Positions 1 through 11,072 of a stretch of DNA of 64,000 nt are shown piece by piece; within the stretch, counting starts at the first letter, position 1; each line of letters opens with the position of its first letter. Where the stretch lies: the NCBI GenBank assembly GCA_034530875.2, contig JAVRCJ020000014.1, positions 141,189-205,188 on the forward strand, written 5' to 3'. Both the position numbers and the translations under genes were made by a program. The notes under the pieces were generated by a model, which did no database searches, had not been told where the DNA came from, and saw only the letters and a list, made by a program, of their open reading frames with translations. Source of the DNA: Nostoc sp. DedSLP01. GTDB lineage: Bacteria > Cyanobacteriota > Cyanobacteriia > Cyanobacteriales > Nostocaceae.

Positions 1-1
1 T

Positions 2-394
2 TTTCAAATATTAGGGTGTTTTCCTGTGATGTCTCAGCTACGTCCTCACCTTGAGGAGGCTAAATTTCTAGAACAAGTTCGATATCAGATGAAACAAGGA
101 TATCAAATTGCATTTTTGGCAACAGAGGAGCAACCCGTAGCCGTTGCTGGATTTCGTATTTTGACATGTTTATCATCCGGTAAATTTTTATATATTGATG
201 ATTTAGTTGTTGATGAGTTTAAGCGATCGCAAAATTACGGTCAACAGTTATTTCAATGGCTCGTTGAATATGCAAGAGAGAACTACTGTCAACAACTGAG
301 ACTTGATTCTGGCATTCAGCGATTTGCAGCTCACAGGTTTTATCTTATGCAACGTATGAGCATTACAGCTCATCACTTTTCAATAAAGTTGTAG
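2..394 (+). CDS. GNAT family N-acetyltransferase (5' end probably outside the window)
   Basis: Frame is open from position 2; LYIDDLVVD..RSQNYGQQL acetyl-CoA motif and LDSG...AHRFY motif. Confidence 0.85.
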   Translation, partial: FQILGCFPVMSQLRPHLEEAKFLEQVRYQMKQGYQIAFLATEEQPVAVAGFRILTCLSSGKFLYIDDLVVDEFKRSQNYGQQLFQWLVEYARENYCQQLRLDSGIQRFAAHRFYLMQRMSITAHHFSIKL

Positions 395-405
395 CAATTA
401 GCAAG

Positions 406-1206
406 ATGACTGGGAAAAATGACATTTTTTGGTATGACGGGAAATTAATTCAGTCGCAAATTTTGGAGTTAAATATTAACGATCCGGGGTTGCTTTATGG
501 AGCAACGGTTTTTACAACTTTGCGAGTTTATGAGAATTCCATCGATAATAATTTAACCAATTGGCAAGCCCACTGCGATCGCCTCCTGTTCTCAATCCAA
601 TGTTTTGGTTGGCAACAACCCAATTGGCAGCGTATCCGCCAAGGTGCCCAAGTTCTTCTCTCATACTTCCCCGTTCTCAGAATTACCCTGTTTCCCGATG
701 GACGAGAGTGGATAATTGGCAGATTCTTAACGCCAGATTTGACAGAAAAACAAAAAAATGGTATTGCCTGCTGGGTTGCCAGTTCAGAATTTTCTCGTTC
801 TCTACCTTCTCATAAAACTGGCAATTATCTGAGTGCTTGGTTAGCAAAAACTAGCTCCAATGCCCAAGAAGCAATATTAACGGATGCCCAAGGAAATTGG
901 CTAGAAACCAGTACGGGTAACCTTTGGGGATGGTGTGATGGTAGTTGGTGGACGCCGCCAATCAATGCCGGAATTTTGCCGGGAATCATGCGATCGCAAC
1001 TGATAAACTACTTGCAAAACCAGCAACAGCCGATACAGGAAGCACCTTGGAGTCCAGAGCTAGTCAAGAAATTTGAAGCGATCGCCTACACTAATAGCGT
1101 GGTAGAGATTATCCCCATTCATACCGTTCATCAGCCTACAGGATCGTTACAATATAATCCACACCATCCCAGTTTTCAGGAAATAAGGGGGCTTTTTTTA
1201 GCATGA
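406..1206 (+). CDS. Aminotransferase class IV / 4-amino-4-deoxychorismate lyase-like
   Basis: GLLYGATVFTT, HKTGNY (PLP lysine), ETSTGN and ILPGIMR motifs. Confidence 0.85.
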   Translation: MTGKNDIFWYDGKLIQSQILELNINDPGLLYGATVFTTLRVYENSIDNNLTNWQAHCDRLLFSIQCFGWQQPNWQRIRQGAQVLLSYFPVLRITLFPDGREWIIGRFLTPDLTEKQKNGIACWVASSEFSRSLPSHKTGNYLSAWLAKTSSNAQEAILTDAQGNWLETSTGNLWGWCDGSWWTPPINAGILPGIMRSQLINYLQNQQQPIQEAPWSPELVKKFEAIAYTNSVVEIIPIHTVHQPTGSLQYNPHHPSFQEIRGLFLA

Positions 1207-1318
1207 CAGCCACGCCATTCTGTTATATCTTAAGATAAGTTAACATAATTCTTAATAATGACCTCTCCGCTTACAGACGCTACGCGATGGCGCGAAAAAT
1301 ACAGGAGGATAGACCTTA

Positions 1319-3160
1319 GTGAATAAAAGATGGAGAAACGCAGGGCTGTACGCGCTGCTGTTTATTGTTGTAATTGCCCTGGGAACAGCATTTTTTGACA
1401 AACAACCCCAAAGCAGAGAGACATGGCGATACAGTCGCTTTATTCAAGAAGTTGAACAAGGCAGAGTAGAAAAAGTCAGTCTGAGTGCAGACCGTTCTAC
1501 AGCATTGGTTACCCCCAAATACGACCCAAATAAACGGTTGGTAACCTTGGTCAACGACCCAGATTTAATCAATACTTTGACATCAAAAGGCGTTGATATT
1601 TCAGTATTGCCCCAAACCGATGAAGGATTTTGGTTTAAGGCACTGAGCAGCTTATTTTTCCCTGTATTGCTTTTGGTTGGCTTATTCTTCTTGCTACGTC
1701 GCGCTCAAAGTGGCCCTGGCAGCCAAGCGATGAACTTTGGCAAATCCAAAGCCAGAGTACAAATGGAACCCCAAACACAGGTGACATTTGGTGATGTAGC
1801 TGGTATCGACCAAGCCAAGTTGGAATTAAACGAAGTCGTAGACTTTTTGAAAAATGCCGATCGCTTTACCGCCGTTGGTGCAAAAATTCCTAAAGGCGTG
1901 CTGTTAGTTGGCCCTCCTGGTACAGGTAAAACCCTCCTGGCTCGTGCCGTAGCTGGCGAAGCAGGCGTACCTTTCTTCTCAATTTCCGGTTCGGAATTCG
2001 TGGAAATGTTCGTGGGTGTCGGTGCATCCCGCGTCCGCGATTTATTTGAACAAGCCAAATCTAACGCTCCCTGTATCGTCTTCATCGATGAAATTGACGC
2101 CGTAGGTCGTCAACGGGGTGCGGGTTTGGGCGGTGGTAACGACGAACGCGAACAAACCCTCAACCAGCTGCTCACAGAAATGGACGGCTTTGAAGGTAAC
2201 ACTGGCATCATCATTATCGCTGCTACTAACCGTCCCGACGTTCTCGATGCAGCCTTGTTGCGTCCCGGTCGCTTCGACCGTCAAGTAGTAGTAGACCGTC
2301 CCGACTATTCTGGACGTAGCGAAATCCTCAAAGTACACGCCCGTGGCAAAACCTTAGCCAAAGATGTGGACTTGGATAAAATCGCCCGTCGTACCCCTGG
2401 ATTTACCGGTGCAGATTTATCCAACTTGTTAAACGAAGCCGCAATCTTAGCAGCACGGCGGAATTTAACTGAGATTTCAATGGATGAAATCAACGATGCG
2501 ATCGACCGCGTATTAGCCGGGCCAGAGAAGAAAGACCGGGTAATGAGCGAAAAGCGCAAGACCTTGGTAGCATATCATGAAGCTGGTCACGCTTTAGTTG
2601 GTGCCTTAATGCCCGACTATGACCCAGTACAAAAGATTAGCATCATTCCTCGCGGTCGTGCAGGTGGTTTAACTTGGTTTACCCCCAGCGAAGACCGTAT
2701 GGACACCGGTTTATACAGCCGCGCTTATCTAGAAAATCAGATGGCTGTGGCTTTGGGCGGACGCATCGCTGAAGAATTAATCTTTGGTGAAGAAGAAGTT
2801 ACCACAGGCGCTTCCAACGACTTGCAACAAGTCGCCCGTGTAGCCCGTCAAATGATTACGCGATTTGGTATGAGCGATAAACTTGGCCCGGTCGCCCTTG
2901 GTCGTCAGCAAGGTAACATGTTCCTGGGACGAGATATCATGTCAGAACGCGATTTCTCTGAAGAAACCGCCGCCGCCATTGATGAAGAAGTCCGCAAACT
3001 TGTGGATGTCGCTTATGCACGCGCTAAAGAAGTATTAGTGGGCAACCGCCACATTCTAGATCAATTAGCGCAAATGCTGGTTGATAAAGAAACAGTAGAT
3101 GCCGAAGAATTGCAAGAAATTCTGGCAAATAACGATGTTAAAACTGCTGCGTTTGCTTAA
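1319..3160 (+). CDS. ftsH: ATP-dependent zinc metalloprotease FtsH (FtsH3-type N-terminus)
   Basis: Two TM segments, Walker A GPPGTGKT, Walker [12 protein letters not shown] region, HEAGH zinc motif. Confidence 0.97.
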   Translation: MNKRWRNAGLYALLFIVVIALGTAFFDKQPQSRETWRYSRFIQEVEQGRVEKVSLSADRSTALVTPKYDPNKRLVTLVNDPDLINTLTSKGVDISVLPQTDEGFWFKALSSLFFPVLLLVGLFFLLRRAQSGPGSQAMNFGKSKARVQMEPQTQVTFGDVAGIDQAKLELNEVVDFLKNADRFTAVGAKIPKGVLLVGPPGTGKTLLARAVAGEAGVPFFSISGSEFVEMFVGVGASRVRDLFEQAKSNAPCIVFIDEIDAVGRQRGAGLGGGNDEREQTLNQLLTEMDGFEGNTGIIIIAATNRPDVLDAALLRPGRFDRQVVVDRPDYSGRSEILKVHARGKTLAKDVDLDKIARRTPGFTGADLSNLLNEAAILAARRNLTEISMDEINDAIDRVLAGPEKKDRVMSEKRKTLVAYHEAGHALVGALMPDYDPVQKISIIPRGRAGGLTWFTPSEDRMDTGLYSRAYLENQMAVALGGRIAEELIFGEEEVTTGASNDLQQVARVARQMITRFGMSDKLGPVALGRQQGNMFLGRDIMSERDFSEETAAAIDEEVRKLVDVAYARAKEVLVGNRHILDQLAQMLVDKETVDAEELQEILANNDVKTAAFA

Positions 3161-3229
3161 CTAATCGCAAGTTATAAATTAGGAGTTAGAACTTAATAAT
3201 AATTTCTAACTTCTAAGTTTAAAAAAGTG

Positions 3230-3259
3230 GGGTAACTCTGGGATTTTTCCGAGTTACCC
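3230..3259. terminator. Hairpin between convergent ftsH and SMI1/KNR4-like gene; likely terminator
   Basis: GGGTAACTC...GAGTTACCC inverted repeat. Confidence 0.55.
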
Positions 3260-3359
3260 TAATACTTTTAGGGGAAAGGTAAAAGGGAAAAGGTTTCAAT
3301 TTACCCTTTTCCTAAACCAACACTGGTTTTCTGTTTTCCTATTAGAATTCTGTATTCTT

Positions 3360-4139
3360 CTAATTAATAAAACGTGAGCGTTTGAGAAATTGCCAGAAGT
3401 CGGCAACAACAGAACTGGTACAGCGCCATGTACGAGAGTGCTTTTTACCAGCTAAATAAAACCAAGGAGAGGTTGCATAGCTAGAAATGTATAGCAAAAT
3501 CTCCCAATCGCCACTCACCGCACAGAAGTCGAAGGCATCGCTGAACCACATAACATTCAAGCCATAAGTACGCGCTAGTTGAGCTAGTTGGGACGCTGCT
3601 TGGCGATCGATGCGGCTGTGGGCTTGTACCTGCATATAATTGCTAATAATGTAACGGAATGCCCGCTTATAAAGATGTCCAACCCAACTTTCTGCCCAGA
3701 ACACCCTAGAACCAGATATTTCGGTAAATACCCGGCCTGCTACATGTTTGTCACATTCCACAAAAACCTCTTCACAATGTACTCCAAAAACCCCCACCAC
3801 TAAACATTGAGACGGTGGACTTTCCCCTTCTTCCAACTGATAGCTATAGTACTCATACAAACTTTCTACATCTGGTGCAGCATCCTCCACAAAAGCACAC
3901 CAAGGCACATTTTCACCCCACCCGCTTTGAGAAGTGTCTACAACGAACCCAGGAGCAGATACACCCATTCGCAACAGAAAATTATAATAATCTAATGGCA
4001 AATTTAGTGCCGAGACTTGATAGACAAGCTCTGCAAGAGCATCGATTTGTGCTAAAGAAGCCCCTTGAATTATCTGAGGAAAATCAGGGCTGTAGCGGGC
4101 GATTAATTGAATAAAGCCCTCGATACTACGATCGCACAT
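3360..4139 (-). CDS. SMI1/KNR4 (SUKH)-like putative immunity protein
   Basis: N-terminal GAS..QI..L.....LPLDYYNFLLRMG pattern typical of SUKH domains. Confidence 0.55.
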   Translation of the reverse strand: MCDRSIEGFIQLIARYSPDFPQIIQGASLAQIDALAELVYQVSALNLPLDYYNFLLRMGVSAPGFVVDTSQSGWGENVPWCAFVEDAAPDVESLYEYYSYQLEEGESPPSQCLVVGVFGVHCEEVFVECDKHVAGRVFTEISGSRVFWAESWVGHLYKRAFRYIISNYMQVQAHSRIDRQAASQLAQLARTYGLNVMWFSDAFDFCAVSGDWEILLYISSYATSPWFYLAGKKHSRTWRCTSSVVADFWQFLKRSRFIN

Positions 4140-4224
4140 AATTAAATTGGGCTTTTGAAAGATTAAAGAATTTACTTTCCATCGCTAATCTAGATGAGGA
4201 CGAGGTGCTGAAAAATCCAGGACT

Positions 4225-4854
4225 TCACACCTGAAGATGTGCGCGTAAAATTCCTTGAATTATTTCTTGTACAGCTTGTTTGCTCAAGCTACCATCTACC
4301 CGCGCAATTCGTGAGGGATGGGATGCTGCTAATTCTGCATATCCTTGCTGAACGCGGCGATGAAAAGCAATTGTCTCTTGTTCGATACGGTCTAGTGCTA
4401 CTTCGCTTCCTCGTTTGCGAGAAAGTCCCACCTCGACATCGACATCCAACCAAATAGTGAGGTCGCTTTCTAAGCCACCAGTAGCAATATAATTAAGCTG
4501 ATTAATTAAGCCGATACTCAGACCCCGACCATATCCTTGGTAAGCAATGGTAGAGTCAGTGTAGCGATCGCATAAAATATATTTCCCTGCTGCCAGATTG
4601 GTTTTGAGTTCTTGTTCAACGTGTTGGGAGCGATCGGCAGCATACAATAAAAGTTCTGTGACCTCGGCAATTGGTTTATCCTCTGACTTGGATAGTAGCA
4701 AACGCCGCAGATCTAAACCTAACTCAGTTCCCCCTGGTTCGCGAGTCACCACCACAGAAATACCTTGACTTTCCAACCATTGTTGGCAAAGCTGGATTTG
4801 GCTGGTTTTACCGCAGCCTTCCACCCCTTCAAATACAATTAATTTGCCACCCAT
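4225..4854 (-). CDS. tmk: Thymidylate kinase
   Basis: FEGVEGCGKTSQ P-loop, TREPGGT, CDRYTDSTIAYQG. Confidence 0.96.
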   Translation of the reverse strand: MGGKLIVFEGVEGCGKTSQIQLCQQWLESQGISVVVTREPGGTELGLDLRRLLLSKSEDKPIAEVTELLLYAADRSQHVEQELKTNLAAGKYILCDRYTDSTIAYQGYGRGLSIGLINQLNYIATGGLESDLTIWLDVDVEVGLSRKRGSEVALDRIEQETIAFHRRVQQGYAELAASHPSRIARVDGSLSKQAVQEIIQGILRAHLQV

Positions 4855-4939
4855 GCTTTTTGCTGCAACAATAGCGCCGACTGTAAAATCCTAACCTGCA
4901 ATTGCGATCGCTGAGGCAATAGCTGTGTTTGACTAGCGA

Positions 4940-5413
4940 TTATGGCGATTTGATTTCTGTTCGATCGAAGACATTTTTGAGTAGAGTTAAGCCTTCTTCA
5001 ATATTAGAAATTTGTTCTTCTGTCAGACCTTTAAGTAGATCGGTAATATGAGCGCGAGTTTGGTCTTGGGATTGCTTGAGTTGCTGCTTTCCTTCCTCAG
5101 TAAGATTGAGCAACACTCGCCGCCGTTCTTGAGGATCGGCGTTGCGTTCGACAAAGTTGCGTTGTACCAGGCGTTCTATGGTTGCTGATGCTGTCGCAGA
5201 GGTGACGCCCAAATGTTCTGCTAGGTCGGATAATGAAGCACCAGGATTGCGGTTGATAAATGCGAGCGATCGCAACTGAGGTATAGATAAAAAAGCAGCG
5301 CTGTGGGCACGCATATCGGCTCGGATAAACCGCATTACCAGTGGTACTGTTTCCATCACTCTAGCAGCACATTCTTCGGAAGTTGAACCTTGAGTTAGTT
5401 TATCCAAGGTCAT
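4940..5413 (-). CDS. MarR family transcriptional regulator
   Basis: Winged-helix pattern SLSDLAEHLGVTSATASATIERLV...DPQERR..L.LT..G; start placed at ATG 5413, which follows AGGAG. Confidence 0.9.
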   Translation of the reverse strand: MTLDKLTQGSTSEECAARVMETVPLVMRFIRADMRAHSAAFLSIPQLRSLAFINRNPGASLSDLAEHLGVTSATASATIERLVQRNFVERNADPQERRRVLLNLTEEGKQQLKQSQDQTRAHITDLLKGLTEEQISNIEEGLTLLKNVFDRTEIKSP

Positions 5414-5513
5414 GGGATTGTTGTTCTCCTGATTACATTGCCACCCGTTGATAAAATCGTCCACCAACGATAGCTAAGACTATTATTGTACAATCCAGTC
5501 CAAAGCTAAAGGA

Positions 5514-5652
5514 GTGGGCATTGGGCATTGGGAAAAGGGGAAGGTGGGGTCCCCTCTGGGGATAAGGGGCGGGGGTAAGGGGAAAAGGTAAAAATCATTC
5601 CTTTGCCCTTTTCCCTTTAACCTTTTTCCCCATGCCCTATGCCCCATCCCCA
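5514..5652. repeat. STRR-type heptamer repeats forming a G-rich/C-rich inverted arrangement
   Basis: GGGCATT and GGGAAAA runs facing TTTCCCC and TGCCCCA runs. Confidence 0.75.
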
Positions 5653-8282
5653 ATCCTTCGTTTACTTTCGAGTATTTCTGTAGCTTTTTGAGCAGAAAGT
5701 GGTCGGTAGAATAAAAAGCCTTGTACATCTTCACATTTGATAGATTTCAAAAACTCTAATTCTTCTTCGCTTTCTACACCTTCAGCTGTCAGTCTCAATC
5801 CCAAACTCTGCCCCAAGCTAACTATGGCTTTGATAATATGAGCAACTTTGTTATCGTGCTTCAAATCTTTAATAAAAGACTTATCAATTTTTAAATTGTG
5901 GAGTGGCAAAAGTTGTAGGCGCGAGAGGGAAGAATGACCAGTACCAAAGTCATCAATGGAGAGGTGAACGCCCATTTGCTGCAAATTTTGTAATACATTT
6001 CGGGTGAATTCTAAATCTTCAATAGCTGTACTTTCAGTAATTTCTAACTCTAAAAATCGAGCTTCTAATCCTGTTTGTTCTAATATTTGGGCTACAGTCT
6101 CTACTAATTGCGGTTGACGGAATTGCTTGAGAGAAAGATTAACAGCCATCATCAAAGGTGGTAATCCTGCATCTTGCCAAGCTTTATTTTGGCTACAGGC
6201 TGTCCGCAGTACCCACTCGCCGATGGGGACAATTAATCCAGTTTGTTCGGCTAGAGGAATGAAAACACTAGGCGCGACCAATCCCATTTCTGGGTGTTGC
6301 CAGCGCAACAAAGCTTCCATACCAGTAATCTCTTGAGTCTCTATTTTGACTCTAGGCTGATAGTACACCGAAAATTCTTTGCGTTCTAAGGCATAACGCA
6401 AGCTTTTCTCTAGAGTTAAAAGTTCAGGATTCTTGGCGCTGAGAGAAACACTGTAGAATTGGTAGTTATTGCGCCCTCGATCTTTGGCATGATACAAAGC
6501 TGTATCCGCGTGCTGCATTAATGTTTCGGCATCATAACTATTACAATCGAACAAGGCAATACCAAGGCTGGCACTGATATAAAGTTCATGCTCTTGGAGA
6601 TGAAAGGGATCTTCTAAGGTTTGTAAGATTCTCTGTGCCACTTGAGTCACTTCTTCGATGTTAGTCACTCGAGGAAGTAGGATAGTGAATTCATCACCTC
6701 CCCAACGAGCTACAGTGTCTCCTTTTCTCAGTGAATCTTGTAATCTTTGAGCGACGTTTTGTAGTAGCTTGTCTCCCAGTGTGTGGCCGAGAGTGTCATT
6801 AATCGTCTTAAAGCGATCCAAATCCAGAAACATTACAGCTAAACTTTCTCCTTTCCTAGTTGCGTTGGGTAGGGCTTTGTCTAGCATCTCGTTAAATAGT
6901 AGACGATTGGGCAACCCTGTAAGCAGATCGTGGAGGGCTTGATAGCGAATCTTGTCTTCTACCTGCTGACGCTGCTTGGCACCGATAATACTGGCAGCCA
7001 TTGTCAACAGGCTGGATTCTTCATGCGTTGACCAGTGACGCTCAAAGGTGCAGTCTGCCAAACCAAGGTAACCCCACAACTCGTTTTCTAAACGCAGAGG
7101 TACCAGCAGCAGAGATTGAATGCCATCTCGAATCAGTAATTCTCGCTCGCTGATGGGAAATGTTTCGGTGAGTCCGTTGATTGATTGCCCGCTGGAGAGG
7201 ATATCGTACCAACGTGTTAATCCAGAATCTTTATAAGGCTGATTTTGCCAAAGATGCTGAGTAGGTTCGATAGAAGGGCGCGTCCATTCAAAGCGCAGGC
7301 TGACTGCTATTTCTCCTATAGCAGGATGGGGATGATTTTGGAAAAGATAAGCGCGATCCGCTTTTGCAGCTTCGCCCAAAATAGATATAGCTTGCTCGAC
7401 ACCTGTTTCATAGTTCATTTCGCTAAGCAAAAAATTGGCGGCTTGTGCAACTGCTTGTAGCAAGCGATCGCGCTGGCGTAGTTCGGCTGTAGCTTGCTTT
7501 TGCTCTGTAATATCCCTAGTAATAAAGGTTCTAATTAAATCGCTTTCAGGAAGGTAAAGAATCGATTGTTCAAAAACTTCCGTGCCTACTTCTACTTCAC
7601 GCACAAAAGAATTGTTTTCGAGATCTTTCACTTTACTCAGCAGCCCTATCAAAATCGGGTGTTCCATTCCAATCTCCCTAAGTTTGGGAAACTTCAGAGC
7701 TGCGGCGGGATTCAGATAAGTCACTCTTCCCTCTAAATCCATCTCAATAATTGGATTGGGAATCAGTTCGGGGAAGGATGCTAGGCGAGCAAGAGCCGCT
7801 TCACTCGCTGCTTCAAAGTTGGGATCGACAGCTACGGTTTGAAAAGGATTGGCAGGATGGGCTTGCTGTGATAAAAGATCCAATAAATCTTCGACATCGG
7901 ATGGTTCAGAAAATTCTTCTTCTGAAAGATTGGAAATAGCATAATATTTAGCTTGAGCTAGATTGCTCCCAAAATGTATAACATCTCCATGCCTGAGATT
8001 GTGAGAGAAGCATCTATCGCCATTCACAAACAAGCCATTGGTACTTCCTTTTCCCTTATAGTTTCCATCAATAATCTGGAAGCCATATTGGTCAGTGTCT
8101 GGAACAGTAACCCGCAATAAGATTGCATGTTGCATTGACACTGACCTAGAAGCCAGAACAATAGTATTCGCAGAATGCCGTCCTATAGAATAAGTAGCCT
8201 CTTTCAGGGAGATAATTCGCCGCCCTTCTAGGTCTTGGACGACCAGCAGATGGCGTATTTTTTCCCTCTCATTTCCTAGCAT
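5637..8282 (-). CDS. FHA-PAS-GAF-GGDEF-EAL c-di-GMP cyclase/phosphodiesterase
   Basis: FHA motifs IGRH..N, VS.QHA and STNG; RWGGDEF with RKGD I-site; EALLRW and DDFGTG. Confidence 0.92.
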   Translation of the reverse strand: MLGNEREKIRHLLVVQDLEGRRIISLKEATYSIGRHSANTIVLASRSVSMQHAILLRVTVPDTDQYGFQIIDGNYKGKGSTNGLFVNGDRCFSHNLRHGDVIHFGSNLAQAKYYAISNLSEEEFSEPSDVEDLLDLLSQQAHPANPFQTVAVDPNFEAASEAALARLASFPELIPNPIIEMDLEGRVTYLNPAAALKFPKLREIGMEHPILIGLLSKVKDLENNSFVREVEVGTEVFEQSILYLPESDLIRTFITRDITEQKQATAELRQRDRLLQAVAQAANFLLSEMNYETGVEQAISILGEAAKADRAYLFQNHPHPAIGEIAVSLRFEWTRPSIEPTQHLWQNQPYKDSGLTRWYDILSSGQSINGLTETFPISERELLIRDGIQSLLLVPLRLENELWGYLGLADCTFERHWSTHEESSLLTMAASIIGAKQRQQVEDKIRYQALHDLLTGLPNRLLFNEMLDKALPNATRKGESLAVMFLDLDRFKTINDTLGHTLGDKLLQNVAQRLQDSLRKGDTVARWGGDEFTILLPRVTNIEEVTQVAQRILQTLEDPFHLQEHELYISASLGIALFDCNSYDAETLMQHADTALYHAKDRGRNNYQFYSVSLSAKNPELLTLEKSLRYALERKEFSVYYQPRVKIETQEITGMEALLRWQHPEMGLVAPSVFIPLAEQTGLIVPIGEWVLRTACSQNKAWQDAGLPPLMMAVNLSLKQFRQPQLVETVAQILEQTGLEARFLELEITESTAIEDLEFTRNVLQNLQQMGVHLSIDDFGTGHSSLSRLQLLPLHNLKIDKSFIKDLKHDNKVAHIIKAIVSLGQSLGLRLTAEGVESEEELEFLKSIKCEDVQGFLFYRPLSAQKATEILESKRRIGDGA

Positions 8283-8684
8283 GGCTGTTCCTCAATTTTT
8301 CATAGCTTTAGGTCTTAGGTTGAAACATACTACTCCCGGAAATTCAGACTTTTAAGTTCGCATTTTTGGGAGATTGACTGAGTTAATTTATGGCTATATG
8401 TGATTAGAAAATTGGGATGGAGATGCAAACTAAGGTTTGTCTTGAGAATTTACCTTCTGGAATGAGATGCCCAATTGCCTAATTAGTTTTTGTTGTATAA
8501 GTCTTAGCTGTTTTCTCAAGTCTGTTTTTTTTCTCCATATCATCTAACGTTCCTTGTTTTAGGATACCCAAAATAAAATTAAACGCCGGATTTGCTATAT
8601 GGTATATTTGCGGATTTTTTATTCTGAAGTTATGCATAAATTCCGAAAAAACCACACAGTAGGAAATTTTATAATAAATAAGCC

Positions 8685-8781
8685 GACATAATTAAATGTA
8701 AAATCCAAAGCAGCAAAACCTTTTACTGTTGAGGCTTTTACTTCCTACCTATAGCAAGAACTGCCTCCTGCCTTCTACTTA
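8685..8781. repeat. Dispersed repeat, copy 1 (homologue at 36820-36944)
   Basis: Both copies start GACATAATTAAATGTAAAAT and end CTGCCTTCTACTTA. Confidence 0.65.
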
Positions 8782-9275
8782 ATTAAAAATTAAAAATTTT
8801 CTCTTGGAAAGTTCTTATGCCTGTGACAAGAAGCAAAGCTGATAATCCGTAAGCCAGGCCATCCTGCAAAAAGCAAGCTACAGAGTTCCCAGAAAATTCA
8901 GCATGAAAAAAACTAGATATCATAAGGGTTTGAGCTTATGCATCTGTCACGTTCTTTTTTCAAATTGGTATTGATTGATTGCTGCATCAGTATCAGAATT
9001 GAAAAAAGATAAAAATAATCAATTAAACTCAAAAAAGCTAAATGCGATAAATTTAGCTTTTGAAACATTGTTTATTAATAGAAGCTGCTTCGAGCTTCAA
9101 GTTACTGTCACGATAGGATGTACTAGTACAGAGTATCTTGTGCAGGTAAGGTAACTTTTCAAAAAGTGACAAATATTTATTTCATTTTTCAAAAAAAAAT
9201 TATGCACTGATACCAATTCTTTTTTCTTGATGAGTACTTTTTAAGTTTTAACTTTTGCCTTGTTTGATAACTGAT

Positions 9276-11072
9276 TTAAAAAGGATTATAAATTAAGCTA
9301 AAATACAAACCGTTTTCTTGTAATGTGCGATCGCCAGAGTCAACAGATACTAAAGGAACTCCCCAATCAAGACGAACAGTAAACCTATCGCCCTGCACCC
9401 AACGCAACCCCAAACCAACCGCAGCTAGGGTATTACGGTCTGGATTTTCTCCACCAGAACTATTCCAGCCAACACCAAAATCAACAAAAGGAACGACCTG
9501 CAAAATACTATCTATCTGGGATAAACGCAGAATTGGTACTTGAACTTCGCCAGAAACAAAAGCCCCATTATCTGTTAAAAGATAATCTTGACGATAGCCC
9601 CTAATACTATCTAGTCCGCCTAAACCAAATTGCTCGATGGGTAAAAGTCTTTTCGATGCCAGTTGTGTATTTAAACGAAGTAACAGCAAGGTGTCAGGAG
9701 CTAAAAGACGTGCCCACTGTGCTTGTCCTTGCCAAGCAAAAAAACGACTATCGGGAGGATTTTGGTTAATGGTAGCATCCAACACATCGATGCCCAAGTT
9801 AAATTGAGAGCGCACGGCGATGACTTCGCGGCTGTTGCGAGAAGTCCATTCTTGAAAAAATCGTAATGCAGATACCCTAGTGCGTCCCTGTTCATCGGCT
9901 CCTGGTGAAATTTCCGATGCGGGCACCCCTTCTCTCTGTAATAACGACGAGATATCACTTTCTCGTCGCGAAAGTGTTAACCCAACTGCCAATTCTTGTG
10001 TAGGAGTTTGGGTTATTGGCTGGCGAAATGTCAATTCGTAATAGCGAGAATCAGAATGGATATCTAAAAAGTCAAAAGGAGGTTCAATGACATTGCTTGA
10101 GGTAATGCCATAGTTCAAACTCAGCGTTCCGTTGCGGGGATTGAGTGGTAAGGTGTAACTAGCGTCAAAGGAGTTGCTACCATCGGTATTGGTGTAAGCT
10201 ATACCCAGACTATCCCCCAATCCCAATAAGTTAGCTTCATTCAATTGTAATCGGCGTCGGAAACTACCTACACTTGGCGATCGCCCATTATCCAAAACTA
10301 TTTGGCTACTAAAGGTTTTTGCCTCATTAACCTTGACTTCCAACAGACTCGTACCCGTGCGCGATCCCGCCGAGAGTTCGGCAGACAAATTTTCAATCAA
10401 AGGATTAAGTTGCAAAAGTTGTAATGCTTCTAACAAACGCTGCCGATTCAGAGGAGGTGATGTGGCTATTGCGATGCGGTTGCGGATATAGTTGGCGTTC
10501 AACCGACGAGTGCCAGTTACTTGAATGTCTTCTAATTTACCTTCGATTACCTGAATTTTTACCACACCGGATCGGATTGTTTGCGGTGGGATATAAGCAC
10601 CAGAGGTAATATAACCATTTTTTACGTATAACTCAGTAATTTTAGAGCGTGCTTGATACACTTCGGTGAGAGAAATTGGCCGTTTGGTAAATTCAGCAGT
10701 AACAGCGGCTAACTCTTGGGGAGTGAAAACTGTGCTACCAATGACTTCAAATCGTTCAACAGTAATTTTTTGAGGTAGCTTGTTAGGAACTGATTCCTCA
10801 GGTGTGGGACTTGGGGGAGAGGATGGAAACAGTTCTGCTGGTGGCGGAAGTGGCTGTGGCAATTCTGGTGAGGGAGCTGGAGAAGGCACAGGTGGCTGGA
10901 CATCCTGTGGTGGTGGGATCTCTTGCGACAAGGGCGAATTGCTATTTGGTAGTTTTGTCCTATCAACAGTCTGAGCTTTAAGAGATGAACAATCTATAGC
11001 GCTGATAGATACAAATACACTCAGTGGTAATAACCATAAAATTGCAATATTAACAGGATATTTATGAATCAT
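9276..11072 (-). CDS. ShlB/FhaC/HecB family (TpsB, Omp85-type) outer membrane transporter
   Basis: Signal peptide, Pro-rich linker, POTRA motif Y..NGYITS, barrel motif GGLDSIRGY, C-terminal Phe. Confidence 0.9.
   Translation of the reverse strand: MIHKYPVNIAILWLLPLSVFVSISAIDCSSLKAQTVDRTKLPNSNSPLSQEIPPPQDVQPPVPSPAPSPELPQPLPPPAELFPSSPPSPTPEESVPNKLPQKITVERFEVIGSTVFTPQELAAVTAEFTKRPISLTEVYQARSKITELYVKNGYITSGAYIPPQTIRSGVVKIQVIEGKLEDIQVTGTRRLNANYIRNRIAIATSPPLNRQRLLEALQLLQLNPLIENLSAELSAGSRTGTSLLEVKVNEAKTFSSQIVLDNGRSPSVGSFRRRLQLNEANLLGLGDSLGIAYTNTDGSNSFDASYTLPLNPRNGTLSLNYGITSSNVIEPPFDFLDIHSDSRYYELTFRQPITQTPTQELAVGLTLSRRESDISSLLQREGVPASEISPGADEQGRTRVSALRFFQEWTSRNSREVIAVRSQFNLGIDVLDATINQNPPDSRFFAWQGQAQWARLLAPDTLLLLRLNTQLASKRLLPIEQFGLGGLDSIRGYRQDYLLTDNGAFVSGEVQVPILRLSQIDSILQVVPFVDFGVGWNSSGGENPDRNTLAAVGLGLRWVQGDRFTVRLDWGVPLVSVDSGDRTLQENGLYFSLIYNPF

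Noticed and set aside
1705..2559. Antisense ORFs within ftsH (likewise within alaS, the SDRs, gldG and the che genes)
   Set aside because: Shadow frames of well-supported genes with no independent motifs.
5483..5734. 83-aa ORF, and the similar ORFs at 25135-25351, 35807-36097, 45543-45767 and 52790-53008
   Set aside because: Translations of STRR and G/C-rich intergenic repeats that overlap real genes.
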